The translations under genes were made by a program, and so were the position numbers. 64,000 nucleotides of DNA from Amphiscolops sp. MND2022 (Eukaryota): positions 34,908,001-34,972,000 of the forward strand of contig OZ076409.1 of assembly GCA_964187785.1 (NCBI GenBank). Direction: 5' to 3'. The notes beneath the pieces were generated by a model. That model was not told the origin of the DNA. It ran no database searches and worked only from the letters and a program-made list of their open reading frames with translations. Positions 24,339-37,652 of the stretch are shown piece by piece. Numbering within the stretch: the first letter of the stretch is position 1; the number at the start of each line of letters is the position of its first letter.

Positions 24339-26253
24339 TGTAGGATTTTTGACTTTTGATCATGCTATGATGTTTATTTAAAATTTGTACCTTCAGCAAG
24401 GTAGACTGTTTGGAGGTGATATAGGTTAAAGGAAAGATAACAGTAAATACTTCAAGTACCTCGCCCTATTGTTTAATGTCAATAATATTGTCTTTAGTCC
24501 CGTTGACAACCAAAATAAGCATTCTTAGCTGCTATGAAGCGACTGCGCAACGAATTAATGCTATACGGCCGCCGCGACCACCTAAACCTATGTAAAAAAT
24601 TTATAATCGGAACGAAACTGTAACATCGATTTTCTCGATACCTATTGCGCATATGAGAAAAATTAAACCACATAAATGTCTTTTTCGACCTGATAACGTG
24701 TTCAGTAAACTCTAAAGAACTTTCGAGAAGCAATTTCTTACAAAACATGAACTAGAAGTCACTTATATCTATGAACAGAGATTCAGTCAACCTGCCACGT
24801 TATCGTGTACTTGGTTTCAGGCCCTCGTGATTGGACAACCTAATTTTGCCCTTCCAAGGTGTACCTCGAAAATTGACTTTTTGAAATATTTACAGCCATA
24901 TTTTGCCGGAGAAGTTGTCAGGAGTCCGGTGGGAAAAAGGGACTTGACAAAAAGTACACATGTCAATCAGTAAGCCTAAGTAAAAGTCGTGCCTACCAAA
25001 GTGGGAAAAATTGAATCAGTAACACTTCCCCCTGAATTCTTTTGAAAACGAAGTAAAACCTCTAGTCATGATTGATAAGAAGGTGGAACCAAGACTTTCT
25101 TGTGGTAAGGAAGTATACTTCTGATAAATTTTTACTACCGAAGGAGAAAAAACTGTATTGTTCAACACTTAGTCAGGCCCCCAAAAAAGAAAGATGACGA
25201 ACAAGGAATAATGAAATGACTAAACTGCCAAAAAAGTAACTTTGGCCAAAGTGTGCGCCATTTTTGCGACGCACACACTGAGTTAAGACAAAGAGAACTT
25301 ATTGTTGTGTCGGCGATATCTATCTACAGCTACAAGTGAGGTGGAACTCCAAGACCTTGTGTTGAGATAGCTTCGGAACAGAATTTTGCTGTAAGTGAGG
25401 TGGGATTCCAAGACCTTCTTCAAGATCTTTAGCTTCAATCGTGAGTGAGGCGAAACTCCAAGACCTTCGTTGAAGCGTTCCAATCGTGCGTGAGGTTGGA
25501 CTCCAAGACCGTCGTTGGAACAAACCGTTACAATCGTGAGTGAGGTGGGACTCCAAGACCGCCGTAGAGGAACCCTACATGTAATCAGTCCAATCGTGCG
25601 TGAGGTGAGACTCTAAGACCGTCGTTGAACAATATTGTATTCTTAATCGTCTTTGAGGTTGGACTCCAAGACTGTCATTGAAATACAATTGCTTTCCCTG
25701 CAAGACCGATAGAGAAGATTTGCGAGGAGTTATTTCATCTGATAATCTACGATATCACCCCAATGTTTACGGCTACACAACCAAACCTTGTTGAAGCCTT
25801 TGTTGATTGATTTCTTGTGTTTTATGCATTCTAATATATTCCGTATTATTCTCCGCTATAATCGATGTTATTCTAGTATTCATTCTATTATTCATGGATG
25901 TGAAATTGTCTTCGTGTCTATTAATCGCTTTGTTTATTTGATGTGTATTAATTAGTTTTCAACCCGCTTCTTTTCACCTGTGAAACGACACCCTTAAACA
26001 GGTAAAGAGTAGCGAGACAAACCCCCTCGAAAGAAGGCAAGATGGCAAAGCTGCGAAGATCGTTATTTCTTTGTCACACTTACCCCCACCGTCTTCGATG
26101 AAGTTGATTCGTCTCTTCTTCGGAGTTAATAAAACTTTATGTAGATACTCAGCCAGTTCATGTCTCGTGCATGGTACCTACGGGTTTAATTGTGTTGTAG
26201 TGGAGCTATTCTCAACAAATAGCTAAAGCTACTGGAAAACTAAAAATCTTACA
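24339..26253 (+). mobile_element. Solo LTR related to element A (1915 bp) in a TRPC intron
   Basis: TGTAGGATTTTT...AAAAATCTTACA with 5-bp TSD ATTTC on both sides; collinear with the reverse complement of 9895-13053 but lacking ~1.2 kb. Confidence 0.93.
25336..25673 (+). repeat. Seven-copy interspaced repeat array inside the solo LTR
   Basis: Core GTGAGGTGGRACTCCAAGACC at 25336, 25395, 25445, 25490, 25540, 25600, 25653. Confidence 0.9.
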
Positions 26254-27614
26254 ATTTCAAGATGGAAAAAGGGCTGATTTTAAATGATAAGAGTGTTTTA
26301 TTTTGCCCAAATTTTAGATATTTTTCTCAATGTGCATAATTTAGATACTCTTCTAAATGATTTTAGATCTTATTCCCTTTAGATCTTATTCTCCCTCTAC
26401 CAAAGTTTCCGAGCAACTTCTCAAAAACCAAAATTTCTACTACTGATGGTTGTTCGAGCTTTTCCTCTCCAAGTTGGTTGCAGAGATCAGCTTGGATGAT
26501 CCCCAGTGATGATTTCCTCCAGTACGTTATTTCAAATTCTGAGTAAAATGTGAACCATTCAGTAGAGTGTTGGCGTGTGGGGAAAAATTAGTTGTTGTTG
26601 TAGTCAAGCACGTTTTCTCACAAAATGAAAGTCACAAATTTGAAAACCTGAGGTAGGGGTCCCAATTTGTTTTTCTCGTTTTCAATAAATGTTATCATTT
26701 TGCCAGACAACAAAAATCTTGGCATTGGTTCTATATTTATTACAAAATGATGCTGTTTCCCTATAAAAATTAAATTCACAAAAACTATCACAATTTATGC
26801 AGAAAAAAAATGTTTTCCAAGAAGATTCAAGGTCGGTATACGAGTTCAATTAGCTGAGACTTATTGCGAAAGTTATAAATGGTAGACCGGAATACCTTGA
26901 AGGGTTGTAAAAAATTTGCCAGCTAAAGATTTTAGTTCATTTTTGCACCATTATGAGAAGATGGTGATCTTCTTTTTAATTGCAATGACGTCGGTGGATA
27001 GTTCAAAGAATGTGCCAATTTCGTTTTATAATTTTGATTTTGTTCCAATTTCCTTCTAGCCACATTAAAGGCTACCTCTCAATCCATTTGTAGGAATTGC
27101 ACAGTCAAATATTGCTGCTTTCAAGACTTGAGTGCAAGGGACGAGATTCGAATTCATTATGATTTTAAAAGCAAAGAGTTACTTGTTAAATTTGCTTTAA
27201 ATGTTTTCATACTAGAACCTTTTTTGAAGTCCTTTGAAACGTTTGCCATTAAACTTGTTGAAAAATCCTTTTGAAGATTTCAAGTGGACGAGGTTTTTTC
27301 CTTCATAGTAATTCACTCGAAACGGGAACAGAAAAACATAGTCACTCGTGCATCTCACTAAAAGCCCTTGTAGATACCAAACCATTTTGCGAAGAATAAT
27401 CTAATGGAGATGCACGTTATCTCACAGCCGCTCTTGTAGGAAATGGATGTTCGAAATGAAAAACGGAATTTTTAGGATGACAAACATTTACACAGTCAGT
27501 TTTCATGAATAATGTTTAAAACCTTAAGCAGGAAATTTTAGATGTCTTCTTTCAAGAAAATTGATCCAAAATGCTTTTCAACTATGATTTTTTTAAAAAA
27601 ATAGATTGCAAATA

Positions 27615-28200
27615 CAGTAGAACCCCGATTATCCGGAGTCACTGGGCGGTCAAATTTTTGGAAGGTGTCCAGTCCGGATAATCGAAAATTCCGGATAATT
27701 GATTTCAGTCAAATAACCAGTTATTGTAAAAATAATCTATTATATTGGAACAAATATGTAACAACTTTTTTTTTGCAAAAAAATGCATCAAGTTTAGGTT
27801 ATTTAAGACCAGTCAATTCGCTTTGACGCGGCAAGATCTTCCAACGACTTGAGTACTGAGACGTAGGGGGTTGCCTCGGGTTGTTCCATTAGCCAATTGA
27901 GGGCGGTTGTTATCGCACGTAGACTCTCTGAATGCGGAATTGAATTTGAAGTCAAAATTTTTTGATTTCCAGAATCATCTTGGCCGTTAGGCTTTAACAC
28001 ACTGGATTATTGACAATGTTAATTAGCTGCTCATCATTCAGATGTTCGTATCCCAAGTTGTTTGTGTCACCAGCTATCCACGCTTCCACCATTTCATTAA
28101 AATTTTCTCCGGGTGCCAAGACGTTTGAAAAAGACCGAATCTCTGCAACAGAATTATTTTCAGGCTCATTGTTTTCAGAATTTTTTATTGACACCACGTT
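27615..28200 (-). mobile_element. Tigger/pogo transposon 3' remnant
   Basis: TA+CAGTAGAACCCCGATTATCCG TIR; minus-strand W..GD.....E.LNDEQLINIV...ALNWLMEQ resembles the Tigger transposase C-terminus. Confidence 0.75.
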
Positions 28201-28565
28201 TTTTCCAAAATTTTTGTATCAAAGAGTTTTGTTGAGTTTTCTGGTAATCGAATTGAGTATAAAATTGAATTAGTTTTAGAAAAAGAAGAACTAACTTTTC
28301 TCAAACTTTTCTTCCGCATCCCAAAGTAATTGTGTGTATGATTAAATATATTCCTTCCAAAATATATTGGCCTCATGGAAATAATAGCGATAATTGCTAC
28401 TCTGCTCTAATGGTTTATACAGCTGGCATCACTCGTAGTAGGCAATTTTCGTGTTTGAACTTGGGTGATCATCACTTGGGTGAAAATGTGCAACTGAAGC
28501 TGGTAAATGATACAGATGATCTATGTGCTTGTGTATATAACATTTTCGGTACATTCGTGTTATAG

Positions 28566-28950
28566 GCTGTTCAGTGCGATGCGGACTCTGTTCTGGGCCT
28601 TATTCAACTTATCACCTCCCCCGAACAACATAGAGCCGTCGATCAGCTTCAAGACGGCTTCCACGCCCATAATCATGTCGATCGTGGAGACCATGTACGC
28701 ATCGTATTACGTCACGGCAGTGATCGTGCTGCTGAGGATGCTGGTGGCCATGATGACGACCAGCTACAGGGACATCGAGAGCAGGGCCGACATTGAGTGG
28801 AAGTACGCGAGGAGCAGACTGTGGATGACGTACATCGAAGACGGAAGCACCCTGCCCCCGCCCCTGAACTTGTTGCCCTCGGTCAAGTGGCTCATCCGCT
28901 TCCTCGCCTCCATCATCAACGGCAGTCTCTTCCGCTGCCAGAAGTTCTGG
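28566..28950 (+). CDS. TRPC: TRPC channel exon (pore LFW, S6, TRP box)
   Basis: TLFWALF pore helix, MLVAMM..SY, EWKYAR, TLPPPLNLLPS. Confidence 0.95.
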
Positions 28951-29231
28951 GTAAGAACTCCAGTCGAGTCACCTCATCCTAGTTGGTTGCAAGTGCTTTA
29001 AAAGCTGAAGACACAAGAAAACGACATCAGAATTCCATGCTTATTTTGCCAACTGAAACAATTCTAGCAGCTTGCTTGGCCTAATTGGTCGCGATAACAT
29101 TGGAAAGAGTTTCCATTTCCGTGCATATCGCCAAATGTTTCCATGATCAATATGATGTGTTTAAACAAAAACGTTATACATTCCATTGAGGTATTTGAAA
29201 ATATTTTATTCAGCTTCTTCGAATTTTTCAG

Positions 29232-29282
29232 AAACCACCGAAGGAAAAAGAAGCCGACAGATTAGCTCAACATACATATCAA
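29232..29282 (+). CDS. TRPC: TRPC channel small exon
   Basis: TTTCAG|KPPKEKEADRLAQHTYQ|GTAAGT, phase 0/0; YQ precedes the LV..LF.RY helix as in TRPCs. Confidence 0.7.
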
Positions 29283-29515
29283 GTAAGTTCAATGCGTGTA
29301 TGATACAAACGGTATAATTATATCGTTTATATCGATCATTTACAGTAGTCATTGTGTCGATTTATACATGCATTTGTACTAACACAAATGCGCGTATAAA
29401 TCGGCATTTTGAAACACTCTTGAGTATTCTCACAGTGTTAAAAACATCTACAATATTCGCAATGAGTCAACGCATGAAATGAGTTAAGGCCGAGGTGGTG
29501 TTGTTGTGGTTGCAG

Positions 29516-29794
29516 AAACTAGTGAAGAAATTGTTTGACCGGTACATGATGGAGAAGGCACGCACGAACATGTACACGCCACACGAGAGCGAGGAAATGA
29601 GCATATCGATAAACCGACTTTACGTAGAGAATAGAAGATTAGTGAACTTGATCCAGAGACTGACCAAAGACTCAGAGGAGCACGCCAAGAGCTGGTATGC
29701 AGACTACAACATCAGGAATTACGACATCTTTGCCGCATCCACGCTCTCCAACACACAGGACAACTTCGGCCAGATTAACGACCCAACCCAAAAT
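29516..29794 (+). CDS. TRPC: TRPC channel exon (C-terminal helix/coiled coil)
   Basis: KLVKKLFDRYMM...; donor GTTGGC is inferred and the exon end is uncertain. Confidence 0.65.
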
Positions 29795-30114
29795 GTTGGC
29801 ACCTGTTGCAACTCTTCTCAAGTTTATCAATCATACCAAAAGTTCCATTCTTATGAAAATATTGATGCACTAATACAGAAATAGACGAGATGTCCAATTA
29901 AAGTACTCCTTCGGGAAGAAATTACAGCTGAGAAAACCAAAAGTCAAGTTTATGGTCGCTCTTTTCTGAAGTTTTTCAAGATTTCACCCAAAACAGAATT
30001 GCAGCCCAGTGAAATGTTCGAAATCTATGAAACCTCAAGTTGTCGGGAGATAGTTCACTTAATAATGCATGTCGATCAATAGTTTAAAAAATCAACCGGA
30101 TTATGAAATATTTT

Positions 30115-30206
30115 ATGTCTCAGACAGAAAAAACAATGTTAGTATTTTTTGGAGATTGATACGCATTTCCAAAAAATACTAACATTGTCTTTTCCGTCTG
30201 GGACAT
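30115..30206. repeat. Imperfect hairpin (~40-bp arms)
   Basis: atgtctcagacagaaaaaacaatgttagtattttttgga ... tccaaaaaatactaacattgtcttttccgtctgggacat. Confidence 0.85.
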
Positions 30207-30309
30207 TCGAGTATCAAAGTTAAAAGCAGAATGTAACATCCACGCTCAAATTTCAACAAATTTATCTCCGACACCATGTTTGACAATCTTATCGAAGAAC
30301 ATTTTCCAG

Positions 30310-30609
30310 GCTTCTGGCTTTCCTGAACGACTGTTGAGGTCACGTGACAACTGCGTTGACCAGCAAGCGAACATGCAGCCAGGAGTCAATGACCAGATTG
30401 TGGACTTCGATGACACAAGTTCGACCAACAGCCCTGTGAGGCAGAAGTACTGTCCCTCGGGGTCAAGTGAAGACGAAGAAGAAGCAGAAGACGACATTGA
30501 CCTTGAAACAACCAAGCTGCAGCCCCAGAGGAAGCAGAGTCGGAGACCCTCGTCCCAACAGCAGCACAGGGGAAGCTTGGCCCCAATGGAAAATGGGAAT
30601 ATGATCAAG
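30310..30609 (+). CDS. TRPC: TRPC channel C-terminal tail exon
   Basis: TTCCAG acceptor, GTAATT donor, phase 0/0, GC-richer coding-like composition. Confidence 0.65.
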
Positions 30610-30991
30610 GTAATTTGAACGTGACCAGAAGTTCATGATTCATAACGAGTCTACAATCATGAATCAATAGTGATTTTTTCGTTGATTGAATCAATTGAGT
30701 GGAAAAATAAAGGAAAGGTCATCATGTTGGAAAATTCAAAAAATGACCTGAATGTAAAACTTACTGCTCGATTGATATGTTCATGCATCAATGACATTCT
30801 TGTATTCAATCTTCCTCTTAATTTAAATTTTAAAAGTTAAACTTAAATTTTAAAATTTAAAGTTAAAGTAAAAGTTAAAGTGAAATTTTAAAATTTTAAG
30901 TTATTTAAATCACGCTCAGTTGAATTTCATCTAATGCGTTCTAATAACTTTAGAAGAAATTTGAATCACTTTGTGTTGTATTGTGTTCAAG

Positions 30992-31255
30992 GAGGGTGGC
31001 GCGATGGGACAGAAGCGAGGTGCTCGAAGAAGTATCACTCAGGAACAAAATCAGAGTCAGAGTCAGTCTCAGCAGCCGTCGCGAGAGGGCCACCCACACG
31101 AAGACAAGCCTCCACCACCGCCCGACTGGGGGCGCTCCTCAAAAGGTGGCACCGCATCAACTTCATCAAACGTCCCCAAAAACGGGATGAAGAAAAAAGT
31201 GGCCGGGTCCAGGAGTAGAGAACATGATTGTTTGTCCGATGAAACTTGCGTTTGA
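30992..31255 (+). CDS. TRPC: TRPC channel last exon (ends ...DETCV*)
   Basis: In frame with the previous exon; stop is followed by AATAAA at 31268. Confidence 0.6.
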   Translation, partial: EGGAMGQKRGARRSITQEQNQSQSQSQQPSREGHPHEDKPPPPPDWGRSSKGGTASTSSNVPKNGMKKKVAGSRSREHDCLSDETCV

Positions 31256-32974
31256 GTAAATAGATTGAATAAAGAGTCTGAAAATTAATTGAATCATAAA
31301 CTGATTATTACTACTTCATCTTTCTATTTCATTGGTATTATTGCTAAATTGGTTAAATAAAACGTTTTGTCTGGTTGAATCTATTCGTTGACCATTTTTG
31401 TTAGTAGTTTCGAAACTCACCCTGATGGAAATTTCCTGAATTTTTTTTGAGCTTTGGTAGTTTGCTTAGCAAATCTATCATGCTTCTATAAAACTCTCGA
31501 AAAAAACTTCCATGCATTGAAATTTCACTGCTTCCAGTGAATTTTTTTAAGATGCGTAAAAGATGCATCTTAAATTTGGCGGCAAACCAGAGCCACGAGT
31601 CACATTCCTCTAACCATTCACATTCCTCTAACTTTGGAAATCTTAACACTAGTATGAGTTTGCAAATTAAACTTCTATATATGTAAGATATTGAAAATTC
31701 AGTTGCAGAGTCTAAATTAGGAGCAGGGGTCTCTTTCACTATATCCCCCCCCCCTACAGCAAAAAGGGGGGACATGGTGAAACGCTATTAAATACATGTA
31801 TTGCACATTCTAATAGCGCAGATCTGCTCTTATCTAACAACGCTTCTGATTGGCTGAGCGGGGATTTTGATCATAAGACCCAATAAAAAGTGTCGTTAGT
31901 TATGACGAGATCAATTGATTGACAGAATAGCATGAGAGATTAGCCAATAGGAAATGAATATAAATGAGCCACAAACATTCTTTTACTCTAGGGGGGACAT
32001 AGTGTAACGAGTGATATAGGGGGGGGGGGTCACTATTTGCGTTTTAATATTGTTCAAGTGTCCACTGTTGGCTAATTACATTCGAAAAAATGAGCTACCT
32101 AAAGTGATCATGAAAAAAAAGACAAACACAAACCCGTAGTCCTAAGTCTATAACCATTCTTAATACATGTACCGTAATTTGTTTAATGCAGATCGGAAGA
32201 TGGATAAATAATCAATATTGCTACTAAATTAGGAAAAAATCAAGAACTTGGTTTGCAAGCCATATATTACATGGCGAGGTACTTGAAGTAAACTTTCGCA
32301 ATATTTGTCAATGAAGATTCGAACGTAAACTGAATTGAACTTCGAGAAACTTTTGTCGAAGGCATTTTTCTTGACCACAAGCTTCCGCGATGTGGGCAGA
32401 AAATGGATTGTAATGAATTGTTATGAATTAGGGGACCCGTTTGTTTATCACAGGACTGTGTAGTTGAGACCTTATCAATGGTGGAACGCGCGCATTAGGC
32501 CGAGAACCATTGAACAGACAATCGAATATACCAAGCCCAAAGACAGAATTGAAGATCTGATTGGTTGAATTGTAATCATTTAAACCACTGGATTCAATAC
32601 GGAATAGCAATATATCAAAATAATCATAGTTGCTGGACTATGGGCTTGTCATTTCCATTGGCTGTCGGCCTAAAGCATCGTCGTCAATTTTATTTCAATT
32701 ACGTTAAAAGTTTCAAAATAGCATCAATTTGTATCGATGCAATTCCGTATTGACACGAGTGGCTTGGAATGAACTTATTTCAAGCAAACGGATCTTCAAA
32801 TCTACTTTTTTCTGAAAACAATACTTAAACTAAACGAAAAGTTCCGAATCTGACAAAACACACTCGAGCCTCAAACATATGCCAAAAAGAAATTCATTGG
32901 CATGCTTATTGAGGAAGAAGCGATGGGCAAAAAAGGCCGGCAAACGTTTCCAACATTTTGTGAAGTTTTAGTAG

Positions 32975-34541
32975 TGTCGCATGCTGCCTCCTGCGATATT
33001 TATCTTTCTTGTTGGACCTTGGGTCTACCGGACTACAGAAATATACTGTTTGCCAATATGAACCAAAAGAGACCATAAGTCCGATCGGCTGCATCATAAT
33101 TGATTACCCGGAGGAAATCTACTTAATTTGAACCACGTGGACACTCAGTCCACGTGACTACAACAAAACTTTTAATTAATCTACATGAAATTCATGATTA
33201 TAATGTGTAATTCTGTGCCTGTCGTACCAGAAAGTTGCTGTTGATTTGTAATATGATAGATTAGCTGTTTGTAAAATTCATACGTAGCGTAAACCACTAG
33301 AGCGCAATTAGAAGTATGTAAGGAAACTTGTTCAAATGATAAATACATCTAGCTCAATGTACTCGCTGTACTGAAACCTTCAACCAATCAGAATGCAGTA
33401 CTTATTTTACTGTAGCTGTGGTGGTCCGCTGTGGTGTAAATAGTACTTGACTTCCACTAGTGCTGTAATTAAGTAAATTCTTGAAGCCACGTGGACCTGA
33501 GGTCCACTACGGTTGAAATACAGCGCTCACATGAATTTGCATATTTAGTGACATGTAATTTTGTAGTTTAGTGTTGGATATACATATAAAGTGTTGTAAC
33601 TATTTTTCTACCTTGTCGGCTTAACCGTCAAGTCCACCTTCTTTGATGTGATGACGTCAGGGTGATGTAATCTTACGGGATGCTATTTTTAGTAACATGA
33701 CAAGCATAATTTTGCTTGTCATGCTGGGAATACTATATATAGGAGTGACCTTTGGGCCACAATTCAATCTTGTGCGAACTCAGTCATAATCCATACGAAC
33801 GAACTGCTACTTATATGATCTGTCTCTGAATTTGTTTTGCGTAGGTGTTGTACCTGTTTACTTAGCGTTGAAGCAAATATTCAAGACAATTAGTTAATTC
33901 ATTGTTGCTACGTTGAGTCTTTCTTCAATGCCTTCTACAAGAAAGCAAAAAGCTAAGGAGAGACGTTCAAGACAATTAGACGTGATGTCTGATGTAGAAA
34001 ATGTTGATGTAATGTTAGGAAGTTATTCAAGAAACGATGAGGGAAAGGATCAAAGGGAAAACGATTTAAATTTGGACTCAGACTCTAGCAGGCCTCAACG
34101 AAACTCTATGTAACAGGTGAAGACTTTAGGTCGCTACTCACCAACATCGAAGAAAACAGTGAAATAACTATTGAAACGACTAGGTTGATAACGAGGTAGT
34201 TACTAGCCAAATGTCAAGAAGACTTTTTGAATTCAAAACTAGCCTAAATTCTGAGATACAAAACGCAATTACAGCGGCAGTAACTGTGACAGTACTTTCC
34301 CCTATTCAAAACACGTTAGATATGCAAGGGAGAGCTAATTTTCCCGTGGTGGACCGAGAGTCCAACGGGCTACATGTGGGCCCAAGGAAGGCCATTTTCA
34401 CAGTGGAGGACCGAAGGTCCAGTGGGCTACAACAGAACCCCGAAGCAGAAAATTCCCAGAAAACGTGGGACAATCGTCCCAGTAGACAAATGTCTAGAGA
34501 GAGTTCAGTAGACTCTTATAATAGCGAACAAAAGTGCGACA
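32975..34541 (+). mobile_element. Solo LTR (1567 bp) of a third family, containing a decayed ORF start
   Basis: TGTCGCA...TGCGACA termini, 5-bp TSD AGTAG, TATA-like at ~33735, ATG 33928 MPSTRKQKAKERR with broken frame running to the LTR end. Confidence 0.85.
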
Positions 34542-35121
34542 AGTAGTTCATTGAATACGCTCGAGCCTTGAAAACATGTTTTTCATGAAATAAGAGTTTG
34601 ATAGTTGTTCCGGAAAGTGTTTACGGAAAAATTTCGATAACATCTTGTTTTGTCGGAAAAGCGGAAACCTCGTAATTTTCCAGTTTGTGATCGGGAAAAA
34701 ATTTTCAAATTCAAAGAATTTCAAATTTGAAGTAACGGTGTAACGTCCGGGAACCAACGACAAAACTTCGATGAAAAATTCGAAAATGTGCGACTATGTA
34801 CAAAATCAAAATGGTCGACCTAGCAGGTACATGAAAACAGACGGGAAGATGAAAAAAGACACAGAGACCCAGAGAACCGAAAGAACACCCCGAGAAACGA
34901 GAAGAAAGACCTCGGCGAAGAATAAAGCATTGTGTTGTGCCGTCTGAACCTGAGAAATGCCTAGAAAAACCCAAAAATGGATTGCAACCCGACAGTGGTG
35001 TCCTCCAAGAACCTCGAAGATCAGATGAGGATGATATAGAACAAGTTGATTGTGGTTAATTTGACAATTGTTGATGTTTATTAGCAGATTTATGATTGTT
35101 CAGGATCTACTAGATCCAAGT

Positions 35122-35208
35122 TGTACCCATTTTAGATATAATTTTTCGAATAGATGTAATTTAGCCTAAATTACATCAATTCGAAGAATTATATCTAAAA
35201 TGGGTACA
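35122..35208. repeat. Imperfect fold-back palindrome (~43-bp arms)
   Basis: tgtacccattttagatataatt...aattatatctaaaatgggtaca. Confidence 0.9.
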
Positions 35209-37652
35209 TACTCTTTGTATCAGCTGAGCTTGATACCTGTTTTTGGACCTCGGGAGTATGTAGGAAGTCACAGGAACCTTAGGATACGTTTTTACAGGCT
35301 TGTGGGACGTGTCCGACTTTTACATCTAACATCGTCGGTTATTTTAAATTGTAACTAACTTGTGCCTGAGAGGCAGGAATACATTGGTTCGTGTCCTACA
35401 CTACGCCAAATTTTTTACGCTTGTAAAAATATAGAAAAGATGAAAGGGTCCCTTTTGATTTTTCTAAATGATTGGGAACAATGCCGACGTTTTTTTCAGC
35501 ATTGTGACCTTTTTCCGAAAAATCTGGTGGTCAAATGTACCTCCTTCACCATTTGAAAAACTTACGGCTGGAAAAAAGCGTTCACCGAACTTGAAGTGTC
35601 TCCTTCTGGGTTTTTGGCACGATGAAAATTTTTCAATTAAGAAAAAAGTTTCAAACTTTTCTTTCAAATATATTCTATGGAGTTTGGAAAATGGGTTCTC
35701 AATTTTTTTTGGGTATTATTTCGGTGATTGGTATAACATTCTACTCCGTTTGAACCTTGAGTGTTGTGCCAACCTGGGCCGTTCCCAGCTTGTTAAGTTT
35801 AAATCAACATCATAGTCAAAAATATTTACTTTGCATGTTATTAGATTAGCTGTGGAAAACATTTCCGAGAAATGATGATTTTCTCTCGAACATCAATAAA
35901 AAACTAGCTGAAAACCTAAATGGAAACCCCGGAATGCAAATTTTCAAATACGATTCGTATTTTGATACTGAGAAAATTCTAACGTCGGTTTTGTCCCCTA
36001 CCTTAATGCATATGAGAACGAAATTTTGAAACTTTTGTAATTATGCCCTACAAATTTGAGAAAAACACTAAAAAGGACAAACTGAAATATCATTTTAATA
36101 TTCAAACAAACTTTCGAACCGAATAATATTGAAACAGAAACTTTCATTTCAATATTTTTTCCCGAATCTCTGCTGATTTTCGATAACTCCGAAAAAATCA
36201 TCGTCCAAAATTTCTTGCACAAGTATCGTAAATGAACTTTGTTCAGACTGTTTTATAATGCAGGGCGGAAGCATCCCGATGCTCAGGTGGTTCTTCTTCT
36301 AGGGTTCAGTTTTATAACAACTTGAAGTGTTTCTGTTTTTGTTTTCCTATGATTTTGGCTGTGGGTACTCTTTCCAATTACACATAAAAAGAACTAGATA
36401 CAAGTGCTGTAGTTGTTTAATTGGGTTCAGTACTTCCAGAAAAAATTCTAGTTCCGTCGTCAGATTTTACTATTTCATGATACAAATGCTTTTACTTCCT
36501 TTTCACTTTGGGAATCAACAAAGTATATGGTTTTTGAAGTGAAATTCTTTCTGATTGCGACAAGATAATACAATGGCGTATAGTCGTTGAAATTTACAAA
36601 AATTCTGAGGAAGTATGCGAATTAAGCTCTGAGTAGTACCCAATTTATTCAACAGCAAATAATAAGAAGTCAGGTCGCGAAAATGTTTCTTTCTTTAAAG
36701 AGCCACAAGAAGTTTTCTTTGTTTTAGCCAGTGCTATGGAGGTGTTGATCCCTAGTTGAAAGTGCTCGAAACTTTTACATGCTTTTATAGGTCGAAAGGC
36801 AAATTTATTAGGTTTTTGAGAGCTGCTCAGTGAAGTTTTCATGCTGAAAATTTTCATGCTGCGTCACTGATTTTTCTGGTATTTATCAGGATTTCTCTAC
36901 AATTTAGAGGGTTTTCAGAGCAACATCAAGGAAATTAAAACCAAATTACCCGCGAAATTTTGTAGGTTTTTGTGGGCAAAGCGTTTAATTTTGTAAGCTC
37001 CGACGCTACAAAGAGACGTAAACAAACAGACTACGAGTGCCAGTGTGGCAAACAAATTCGTATAACTGGATTTTTTTGGGATAATTTTTTTTGCTTGCAA
37101 ACTGTTGGAAAACGCAAATCAAATTTCATAACTTTTCGGGTTTGTAAAAACAAAATTGTTTTATATTGAAGTTCTATACGGCAATTTTAGGGAACTAAAA
37201 TTTCAAATTTTTGCAAACTTTTTTAAACATCGAAATCCGTCAAATGATATGACACACAGAAAAAATATATTTAATTTTTTCGAGCATTCCGAATTAATTT
37301 CGAATTAACTGCAAATTGTCAATTTTTCGTCATTTTCGATGATGAAAATCACCGATTTTTTTTTGAAAAATTTGAATACGAGGAAAAGGTTAAACTTTTG
37401 AAGTTCCTGAGTTCATTTCTCATCGGCCAGCGAGCGGGAGTAACGTCGTACTAATCGTCTGACTAAATCAAACTAAAATTCAAGGACGGGAATAAGATCT
37501 AAAATTAGGATCTTTTGCATTTTTTTGTTTTTGTTTTACGTGAATTTTTCCAAGCTGGTTTTACGCGCATCCGTGAAACTCCTCAAAAAACTTTGTTTTT
37601 TAGAAGATTCGAAGCTGTTTTTCGTGTTATTTTAAACTTTTTTCGCTTTCTT

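Noticed and set aside
25327..25682. True CRISPR array
   Set aside because: Eukaryotic LTR context, degenerate repeats, short uneven spacers, no cas genes; reported only as an interspaced repeat
30820..30910. TTAAA-type repeat
   Set aside because: Simple low-complexity intronic sequence
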